A stretch of 64,000 nucleotides of DNA from Geosiphon pyriformis uo1 (taxonomy: Eukaryota > Fungi > Glomeromycota): contig JAAOMT010000521.1 of NCBI GenBank assembly GCA_016748015.1, positions 8,098 through 72,097 of the forward strand, written 5' to 3'. The notes below the pieces were generated by a model that saw only the letters and a program-made list of their open reading frames with translations, searched no databases and was not told where the DNA came from. Of this stretch, positions 26,482 to 36,746 are shown in pieces (the first letter of the stretch is position 1; every line of letters begins with the position of its first letter). Made by a program: the position numbers and the translations under genes.

Positions 26482-27348
26482 TGTTACAAGTGATTATTTG
26501 GAATTTTTAATCAAATAACAAACTTATAATTTGGTGCTAATAACTGATACAATAGTTATAATCTAAAGATTTTGGTTATTTGAAGACTTTGGTTGAAGTT
26601 TTTTGTATAATGGATAGAAATTCAAATGTAATTCTCTTTTAGTAATGTTTCAAGTGTCAACCCTTGGGTTAAGTTGTTTTGTTTTGTTCATCACTTTCCA
26701 GAATCACAATTCTATCAATTCTTTTCTTGGCATAGTAGTCAGCAATCTCCTAGTAAGCTATCCTCAAATTTAAGTATTTATCCTTATTTTTGGGTCTTTT
26801 ACCAGTGCTATATCTTGACATCAGTAACTTAGTACTTAATTTTTAAACAATTAATATACAACAATAAAGAGAAAAATAAAAGAAAGAAAAGTTTAACAAA
26901 AAAAAATAAGCCAAGACAGTATTCCATCAATAGCCATGATTAAAAGTTATTGTTCTAGTGTAGTCAAGTATGTAATACTATCAACATGAAGTGTTAATAG
27001 TAAAGAGTGAATTAAGATAGCAAATAATTATTTATTGATATTTGTAAATTTAAAAATTGTTTAGATGAAATTTAAACTGAGAGGTCTGTCTTTTTTGCTT
27101 CTAGTGCTACTATTATATATACATAATTGAGATTTCTCAATTTCTCAATTTTTCATATCAAAAATCCTGCAATTTTTTTGAGGAGAATTCTGGAATTCTG
27201 AAATCTTATGATTTTTTGTACAAAAATTTTGAAATTTCTGAAATTCTACAATTTTTTTAAAAAGAATCCTGGAATTCCATATTTACTATGACTATTTTTA
27301 ATTGACTAATTTATATGTTAATATAATTTCTATATTCTATAAGTAACA
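26482..27348 (-). repeat. 5' LTR of element B
   Basis: Adjacent to the PBS TTTGGTGCTCTTTGTAAGAT on the minus strand. Confidence 0.9.
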
Positions 27349-27352
27349 GTAA

Positions 27353-28079
27353 TCATCATACAGACATTGATTGGTTTAAGTCATTTTTGGTGTAGTATCC
27401 TAATTTGCATTTGGCCTTTAGCTTTATTAGTAAAGGCACTGCTAGTGCTTACATGTATTTTATGAAGGCTTTATATTACCAGCTTTATGTTGTTGTTCAT
27501 AAGTGTTTGTATATCAAATGTTATTCAAGTGTGATGTGTTTGTTTTGTGAGGATATTGAGGTTTTTAACTATGTTTTCTTTTGCTTGTTTGATTCTAATG
27601 TTCATGTTTAGTTGCTGAGCACCTATGCAGTTGATTGGGGGGTGCTTTCTGGTCTGTCTTATTTATTCTTATGTGTTTCATAGTGTTTGAGCTCCTGTTC
27701 TTTTAACATTGTTATTTATGTGACTCTGTATAAGAGTTTTGTCTTCAATGATTGGTATTGGGAATTTTTTTCTATTTTTAAAGATTTTAAAATCACAGAT
27801 CAGATGATTGTGAACTTTATGTGCAGATTTTGTTTTGTATTTAGAGAGAGGATTTGGTTGGCTCATATTAAACACCAGGCTTTTAGTGAAAAGAATGGAT
27901 TAATTTCATGTGATAGATCTGTTTTTGTCTCAATATTTGGGCTTTTTTTAGTCTTTTCTGCTGGTGTAATTAAACTGTTAAATGTTGTTAATATTTTAAG
28001 TATTGGTTTTGGTTTTTGCAAATTATGTAAGTTTTTTTCAGATATAAGTAGTGTGATTTTAGTTTATATAGATATATAG
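27353..28079 (+). pseudogene. LINE-a ORF2 part 4: C-terminal CCHC zinc-finger region
   Basis: YFMKAL..L.V..HKCLY.KCY.SV.CLFC.DIEV.N(H)VFFC; ends VYIDI*, like VVIDV* in LINE-b. Confidence 0.88.
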
Positions 28080-30039
28080 TGTTATTCTGATTAGTTTAAG
28101 TGGCTAGTCATATGTGAAAAATGTATAATTCACACTTAGTTTAGATCACTTAGTTGATATATTGTACTGAGTAGTGTTTAAACCTCACTTATTAAATTAA
28201 ATTAAAAAAAAATATATTACTAATTTTAATATATTTTTTATTAATGTAATAAAAAGTACAAAATTTAAATAAAAAGCAATAATAACTTATTTATTAGCTA
28301 TTTTATTGTCTATAATATTCAAATATCTCTTAATTTTAGATTATTTAATCTAAAAATTCTTTCTTTTAATTAAATTTATTATATAATACTTTTTTAATTA
28401 ATATTAATGATAAAAATTAGAAACTATTAAATTTAATTCAGATAAATAAATATTTAATATTGTTTAATTATCTAAGTAAACTACAATACAACTAAAAAAA
28501 AGAATATATTTTAGAAAAAAAACAATTGTTTATAGTTTAGCCAAAATAAAAGAAAGCAAATTATTAATTTTAATTTTTATTATTAAATTAAAATCTTCAA
28601 AAAATACAATAGGCTTATAATTTATATCAAATATACTCAAATTTTTTTAAGAACTATAAATATAAACATTTATAATATTCAAATTAGTTATTAAACAACG
28701 ATTTTTTATAATATAAAATTTATTAAAACACAAAATATTTAAAAATAATTTATAATATATAGTAAAAAAAATGTGAAAAAAAGTCTTATAATTCAAAAAC
28801 TAACAGTTAATTTAAATTAAATAAAAACAAAATTTTTGGAATCAAGCTTTTTTTAATAATAAAAACTTTTTTAATCAAAATCAAATTGTTTTTTATAAAT
28901 AACTGTTTAATAAATATAATATTAAATCTTTTAAGAAAATACTAAATATTAAAAAAAACAAAAACATCTAAGATATAAAATATTAAAATATAACTTACCA
29001 AACAAAATATTAATATTAAATTATTTATATAAGAAAAATTATAATTCAAAAATATTTTAATTGTATTAGTCAAAAAATTATTCACTAAACTAATTTTTAA
29101 CTTAACAAAAAATTGTTAAAAATGATTAAAAAACTAACTTAAAATCTGCAAATTTAGAAATCTATAGTTAAACAAACAACCAAAAACTTTATTTATATTT
29201 AAAAATATTATTACTAAAATCATTTTGTTTTTAGCTTATATTTGTTTAAATTTCTTTAGTTTATATAATAAAAAATAATAAATAGTCTTATTAAAAAAGT
29301 TTTTTGATAAGCTAAAACTTTTTTTTAAAATTTTTTTTAATTAAAATAATTTATTTATAATACATATTTTTAGAAATAAAATTGAACTATATTCTATAAT
29401 TAATTATTAATTATAAAATAACTTATACTAAATATAAAAATTATTTGTTTATAATAGTTTTTTTCAAAATTATATTTGTAAAAAACTTAATATTTAAATC
29501 AATTTTAATTAAACTAAGTTTAAACATACCAAATAATAACAAAAAAATATTTAAATACTTATCAAATTTCTTTTTTTTTATAATTAAAATTGATAAACTA
29601 CTAATAAACAAATATAATATTTTTAATAATTAATAAAAATTGCTATTATTATTAATTAAAATATTATTAATTTTAAAAAATTTATTTATAATATCTAAAA
29701 TATACTATATAATAGCTTGACTTTTTTTTATTTAAATTATATTATTAATAAAAGTACAAATAATAAAAAAATAAAAAATTAACATGATTTTTAATTCTAC
29801 TTATTTTAATAAAACACATAATATTAATTTTGTATTTACAGTTAAATCTAAGATAACTCATATTTTTAATAAATACAAATTGTTATAAATTATTACAGAT
29901 TATAAGTTTTTTTATATTTAAATAAATATAGCATATATATAATAAAAATAAATTTATTTACATATTTTTATAAAAATTTTTAAATAGTTTATATAATATT
30001 AAAAAAATTTGTAAAAGTTGTTTGTTTTTGTTTATCTTA

Positions 30040-31600
30040 TATTTTTTTATAAAATATATATTTAATATAAGTAAGCTTATTAACTATATCATAAAATTTT
30101 TAAGTTTTTTAAACTGTTTAAAATTTGTAATAGCAATTAATGCATCCTTAATACTCATTATTTTCTGTACTTCTTGTTTTTTATTAGAGTTATCATGCTT
30201 TGTTTTACAATTTATTATAATATAATTTGTAATTTTATTATCATCTAAATATTTTAAAGTAATTGTATTGTTTTTTAAATAGATTTACCAACTTTTTAAT
30301 TAATAAGTATATATAATTTGGCTGTATGCAATTAAATTTTTTTAGCAATTCTTAATTTTTTCCTAATATTATTTTTGATTATAATTAGTTATTATTTCTA
30401 AGTTTGTAGTTTTATTCTGAAAGTTATTATTTGTATTGATTAAAAAAATACCAATTTTGTGTTAGCAATAAACAATAATTTTATTTGAAATATTTTTTTA
30501 TGCTCTATAAATTAGATATATTGTTTAAAATTGGTTAATTATATAAATATTATTGATATTATAATCAAAAAAATTTAATACATAAAAAAAAATAGTGATA
30601 ATAATATGTTTTAAAACAATAAATAATTTTAATATATATAAACTGAATATGTATTGTTAATTTAAATACAAATTGTTTTACATGAATATTTGTAATAGAT
30701 TATATATTATAATTATGATTAACAAAATTATTTACTAATAACAATATGTTTTGGTTTTTTTATATAGCTAATAATTCTAATTAACAATTTATTATTAAAA
30801 AAATATTATCAGTTATCTAAGTGCAAGTATTTGAATAATACTAAAAACCAAGTTGTTCTTCTGTTTTTTTTTAAAAACAATATAAATATTTAATATAATC
30901 AATAATAAATAGTAACAAATATTCAGTTCTATAAGTATTGATTATAAAAGCAAATATTAGTTACACTTTTAATTTTTTAGTGCTATAATATTATATCAAA
31001 ATTTCGATTTGATAATATAACATAAAATAGTATAATTTATTTATGTTGAAAATATCATATAATTTCCAATTAATAAGAAATATTATTATATATACTTACT
31101 TATTTTTAATATTTATAATATTATTTAATGATATATTATTATAAAAGTAAAGTGAATATGATTCAACATAGTTTTTAAAGCTCTTAAGCCAGCTATTAGA
31201 TAGTTTTTAGCACTTATTTTCTAGAATATTTAATTAATTATAGAATTTTATGTTAGCAGCTCAAATTATATCTTTAGTAAGTATTATTTTATATAATTTT
31301 GTCTTTTAAACAAAAATAATAAGTGCTTTATCAAAGTTAAAATTAAATATTGTAGATATATATTTACTAATTAAGTTATATATTGTATTTACTTATAAAC
31401 AAAAATTTTGTTTATCTTTAATCTAAGCCAAAATTAAAAACTGATTTATATATAAAAAACAGTTTTTCTTAAAGTGTTTTGCAGTTTTTATTTGGTTTTA
31501 TTATTTGCATGATATTAATTAAATATTATAAACTTATTATAAAGTATAATATTTTTATAACTTTGCAAAATACAAGCTAAAAAGATAGCATGCTTTTTGA
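30040..31600 (-). pseudogene. Fossil pogo/Tigger (CENP-B/Tc5-like, DDE_1) transposase
   Basis: The minus strand retains, in order: DKALII.V...IILTKDII.A, KLSNSWLKSFK, DIFN, CF.KKTEEQLGF.YYSN, NILLLVNNF, INQ..TIYLIYRA*..IS..II..C*HKIGI, SIKDALIAI. Boundaries are approximate. Confidence 0.75.
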
Positions 31601-31670
31601 TATTAAATATAATAGAATCAAAAAGCAAAAAAAAATACAATTAAAATTCTGATTAAATAAAACTAATCCA

Positions 31671-32280
31671 AAAATTCGACTTAATTATTCACATAATTAA
31701 TAATAATTTAAAACTTAAAATAATTTAAAATTTTAATTTAATTATTTACACAATTAATAATAATTTAGAGCTTAAAACAAATTGAAACTTAACTTAATTA
31801 CTTATATAATTAATAATAATTTAGAACTTAGAACAATTTGAAACTTTAATTTGATTACTTATACAATTAATAATAATTTAGAACTTAGAATAATTCGAAA
31901 CTTTAATTTAATTACTTATATAATTGATGATAATTTAAAACTTAGAACAATTCAAAACTTTAATTTAATTATTTATACAACTAATAATAATTTAGAATTT
32001 GAGACAATTTGAGACAATTTGAAACTTTGACTTAATTACTTATAAGATTAATAATAATTTAAAACTTGAAACAATTTAAAACTTTAATTTAATTATTCAT
32101 AAGATTAGTAATAATTTAAAACTTTGAACAATTTGAAATTTTAACTTGATTACTTATATAATTAATAATAATTTAGAACTTAAAACAATTTAAAACTGAC
32201 TTAATTACTCATAATTAATAAAAATTTAAAACTTAGAATAATTTGAAACTTTGATTTGATTACTTACATAATTAATAATT
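31671..32280. repeat. 57-bp tandem repeat, about 10.5 degenerate copies
   Basis: Unit approx. AAACTTTAATTTGATTACTTATACAATTAATAATAATTTAGAACTTAGAACAATTCG; copies differ mostly by transitions. Confidence 0.9.
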
Positions 32281-34353
32281 ATTCTGTTGAATAAATAATA
32301 ATATATTATTATATAGTATTTTTAATTATAGAAATATTGGTTTGCTTTACTGTAATTTTACTAAAATTAGCAAAATTTAAACTAAATTTAGCACTTAAAA
32401 TAACTTATAATGATAGTAAAAAGTTATAAATTATTGGATATTAAAGGTATAAGTTATAAACATAAGAATTTTTTAACTATTAAATTGGTAGATTCAAAAT
32501 ACTATAAGTTATCTTAGTATAGTTATTTTAGGTTTGACTATATACAGATTTTTTTGTTTCTTTATTTTACATAAAAAAAGGTTAAAAATTTTTTTATAAA
32601 AGTAAAAAAAAACTTTATCTTAGTTCAAATTATTATGTATTTAATACTTATTTGTTAATCCAAAATCTGTTATTACTTAATTAACTTTGTTATTATAAAT
32701 GTTATTAAAAAAATAAATAAACTTATTATATATCTTAACTTTATATAAATTATTTCTTAAATAAAATTATCTAATAGAATTATAAAATTTTTACATATCT
32801 ATAAAATCAACTAAAGTTTATAATTTTTTTTAAAGCATTTTTTAATACAAAACCAATAACAAAAATCAGAAACTTAGTTGTAATATCTTTGAAAACAGAA
32901 AAATTATTATTATAAAAAATATTAAACTTGTTATATATTAAAAAAATTTAGAAAAAAATTTAGAAAAAAATTTTTTAAAAAGTTTTAATTAAAACTTTAT
33001 TTTATTTATATAGTTTAAGAATTATAGACATTTATATTTTTTATGATAAAAAAACTAATTTACAAACCAAATAAATATTTAAAAAATTTAAACTATATAT
33101 AATACTAAATTATTATAATGTATTTAAAGTTTATTAAAAATATCAAACAAATTAGCAATTTTTTTATTAGAAAGCTTTTTGATTATATTAAATATTTAAT
33201 TAAAACCAATAGTATTTATAACTTTAAAAAAAGCATTATTGTTTATATAATTAAGAAGTAAGTATTAATATTATTACAAAATAAAAATGTTTTTTAAAAC
33301 TGTTTTTTTTTCTTGTTTACTTTTTATAATGATGTTTACTTTAAATTTAATATTACTAAAAACTAAAATCAACTTATTTTTTACAACCAAATAATTTAAA
33401 ACTATTTTTTAAAATAAGTACTTTAAAATATTCTTAATAATATAATTTTTTTTGATTATAAAGTTTTTTATATACTTAAAAATAGCAAATCTATAATATG
33501 ACTTTTGTATATCATATAAAATGAAATAAATATTATTAAAATTAGTATTAACATTTAAAAAAGCTTAAACAAAATTAGTATTTATATTATTAAAAAATTT
33601 TTAACAATTTATTAACAATATAAACTTTATATTTAATTTAATTCATAATTTTTTAACAATTTTAAATACCAAAATTTTAAGCTTGTATAATTTAAATAAC
33701 AGCTTAATAAAAACATTAATATACTTTTTATGTTATAGAAAAAACTTTATTAGCTAAAAAATATACTATTTTTTAAATTATATTTTACATAATATCTAAA
33801 TCTAAAAATTATTATAAAATAACAAATTAATGTAAAACAACATAAAATTAGCCAATATAGTACTTTTAAATTAAAACTATTTAATATTATTTATATTTTT
33901 AATATTAAATTTTTATCAATTTTTGTTTGCTTATTTGTAAAAAAAAACCCAATTACATATTTAAAAGTTTATTTAAAACAATAAAAATAGTAATTAATAT
34001 TAAAAAAATTATTAATATTTGTTATATTTTTGTTAATTATTGTATTAATAAAACTAACAAAAATAAAAATAAAGTTAATTGTTTTTATTATATCTTTGAA
34101 GTTTATTTATATAATAATTTTAATAATTATATTTTTTATTAAAAAATTAACTAAACTTAAATCCTAGAATTTTTTAAAATTAATATTTTTTCAAGACTTA
34201 TTTTTATTAAACTTATTATTTAAAATCATAAAAAAAACTTATGTTACTAGTATTTTAGAATTTGATAAAAATGTTAGGCATATTATTTAAGAAAAAAACA
34301 ATAAAATAAAAAAACTATATTTTTATTTAACTAATATTAATAATTAATTTAAA

Positions 34354-34385
34354 CTCTTTCTTTCGTTGATCCTCTGGTCACAACG
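34354..34385 (+). promoter_or_regulatory. Conserved LINE 5'-UTR motif (candidate internal promoter)
   Basis: TCTTTCTTTCGTTGATCCTCTGGTCACAAC is nearly identical to the LINE-c 5' end TCTTTCTTTTGTTAATCCTTCGGTCACAAC (minus strand, ~54342-54313). Confidence 0.45.
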
Positions 34386-34478
34386 AGAGCTTTGAGTCGT
34401 CATTGAAATAGCCTTCCTTTTCCCTTTCCCTTTCACCTTTCTCCAGTTATTTCTTCAGACATTCCCCTTTTTGTGGCT

Positions 34479-35835
34479 ATGGAACCAGTGGGTGTTGCTG
34501 CTGGTGGTTCTGGGTCTATTTCGGCTGGGTTGGGGACCCGGTCTGGTGTCAAAAATAAGCATTCGGTTGGTCCTCAATCTCGCGGTGCGTCTTATAAGAA
34601 GCCGAAGAAACCTGTAGCGGTTGACGGTTTAGTTGAGTCGTCTGCTGGTGTTTCGAACATTATGGATGAAAGTGGTGACGGACCTATTATTGGGCAATCG
34701 TGGGCTTGCGAGGTCAACAGCGAAGTGGACAGCGTAAGTAGCATTTTGGACTTGGATAACTTGGAAAACGTCGTTGCTGAGAAAACTAGCTATACAGAGT
34801 CGGATGTTTCAGGTTTGGACGACGACATGAATGATGCCACGCCTAGGAAGACACGTACCTGCACCTATGTTCTGAACAGTAAGCCACCACCTTTCTCTTT
34901 CAACGTACTAAGCGATGGTGAAGATACTCTGCCTCTTCCGAGTCCAAAATTTTGTGGGTCCAATTGCCTTCCTCCAGTCGGGTCACGTGCTCCGGAAAAA
35001 CGGAGTTTTATTTCGTCAAAATCATTTGCATTGAATATTGAGCTATCTGCTGTTCCTGGCAAAACTACTGGTGATAAGTTGGTTTGTGTAAAAAAAATTT
35101 TTTATCAGGTTGATGGTTTTGGGGGGGCTTTAACTCCCTCAAAATTTCCTGGAATAATAAGATCATCATTTACATCTGAAAAAAGTTTGTTTAAGGCGAG
35201 GGAAATGGCAATCAGTGAAAAAATATTGGTAAATGATGATCTAAGAAAAGTAAACAGCCATTCAGATTGGGAGGTAATCGTCAAAGAAATTTCAGTAGAT
35301 CTTCCCAAATCGGCACTTGAGACAATATTCTCCAAGTTTGGCAAGATTGTTTCAATTAAAGTGCAGCTGATTGGTCTTTGACAAAAAACTCTGGTGGAAT
35401 ATGAAACATCTGAGATGACTGATTTGGTTGCAGCTAGATGGTCTGTGCTCATGGGAAAGGATTCTGTCCGCGTGGCAAAAGCAAATGTTGATAAACAAAT
35501 GTGGGTGTCGAGGGATCAGCATTGGGCTTTGCTATATACTCTTCTAGTTGGCACCAATGCTCATGATCTCTCCAATTTGTTGAAATCATATGGTGGGAAG
35601 ACTTGTTATATCGGCCATAACTCTAATTCATATGTTCATGATAGGTGTGCTGTAATTTGTTTTGGTAATGAGGCATCCAAGTTGGCTGCTATTGGTACCA
35701 TTCCAGTTTTCAGAAATGTAAGTTTGCGTTGGGCTGGTCTTTCTTTGGCCAGTTGTGCTCATTGTAAACAATTCGGTCATGTTTCGGTCAACTGTTTCTT
35801 GGGTGAGTATTCTGGTGTTCGAGGAAGAAGGGTGG
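34479..35835 (+). pseudogene. LINE-b ORF1, N-terminal part (RRM-like repeats, CCHC)
   Basis: ATG at 34479; VIVKEISVDLPKSALETIFSKFGKIVSIKVQ; CAHCKQFGHVSVNC; one TGG->TGA stop at 35379. Confidence 0.9.
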
Positions 35836-36664
35836 TGTTACGGTTTAAGAATTTAGCAAAAAGAATCATAAAAATAATACAAACTATTCAATCATAATAT
35901 AGCACAGTAATAATCTTAGAAAGGTAATGATTAACATAGTAGCAAACATCATCTCGCGATAGTGGCAAGCACCAGTTCACAATAGCAGCCAACACCAACT
36001 GGTGATAGCAGCAAGCACTAGGTTGAAATATCAAAAAGAAAGTATTTTCTCGTAGAACTACAAACATATATATATACAGTAGTTTTAATATTGGGAAAGA
36101 ATCAATCAAGTAATAAAAATCATAACTTATCAAATCATACTTTCAAATTAAATATCTCAAGAAACCTTTAAAAATCAAAAAGAAATGAAAAAGAATAATT
36201 AAAACGGAACTATCACAACCCAAAGTATTAAGAAACTTACTTGTATTATTTATTGAATGAAACTATCATTCATCAACTGAATCCCTTGGAAGAATAATCC
36301 TTGATCAAGATTATTCACGTTGTTACTAATTGATAAAAGCTTTATTGTGAGAATTAGAAAAGCACTAAAGACCATTAACATTCTGTGTTTCTAGATTAGA
36401 GAAACACATCAGGCAATTGCAAGGATAGCCTCAGAGAAGACCCCAAACAGTGGGTAGATTTCAGTTCAGCCTCTGAAAAGGAGTACATAAACACACACAA
36501 CAATCAAGAATTAAAGAATAACTTACATCACAACAGTAAAAAGAAAGCCTTCAGTGTAACAGTGACATTATCACACAAATAGAATTGAGGAACTCACGAA
36601 AGACTGATTGCAATTAAAGCAGGATATCAGCAATTAAATATAACAAGAGAACCATCCCGTAACA
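35836..36664 (+). repeat. 5' LTR of element C (829 bp)
   Basis: TGTTAC...GTAACA; TATATATA near 36067. Confidence 0.95.
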
Positions 36665-36684
36665 TTTGGTGAACCCTACGAGGA
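36665..36684 (+). promoter_or_regulatory. Primer-binding site of C, tRNA-Trp-like
   Basis: TGGTGAACCCTACGAG resembles the complement of eukaryotic tRNA-Trp 3' ends (TGGTGA(A/C)CCCGACGTG, recalled rather than searched). Confidence 0.65.
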
Positions 36685-36746
36685 AAGAAAATCAAAAAGA
36701 AAATAATAATTAGCAATAATTCATTGCTAAAAAGGAAAAGACAAAA

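Larger units (their letters stand above)
17496..27348 (-). mobile_element. Ty3/gypsy element B, full-length (~9.85 kb) and degenerate: gag-PR-CysRich-dUTPase-RT-RH-IN-3' domain
   Basis: TGTTAC/GTAACA termini; TSD GCAA/GTAA; LTRs 17496-18369 and 26482-27348; PBS 26462-26481; PPT 18370-18384. Confidence 0.94.
2829..28212 (+). mobile_element. LINE-a: full-length degenerate non-LTR retrotransposon (~6.8 kb net), interrupted by three LTR insertions
   Basis: ORF1 and ORF2 are collinear with LINE-b and LINE-c. A-tail at 28204-28212. Candidate 12-bp TSD TATATTACTAAT at 2817-2828 and 28213-28224. The ORF2 frame is restored when each LTR insertion plus one TSD copy is removed. Confidence 0.92.

Noticed and set aside
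31671-32280. CRISPR-like array
   Set aside because: Units are contiguous with no unique spacers, there are no cas genes, and the context is eukaryotic.
29702-32319. 13-bp inverted repeat ATACTATATAATA around the pogo fossil as TIRs
   Set aside because: Almost pure AT and oriented opposite to the expected TA|CAG ends, so probably chance.
35888-36133. Antisense ORF in the C LTR
   Set aside because: Short, covers the U3 repeat array, no recognisable domain.
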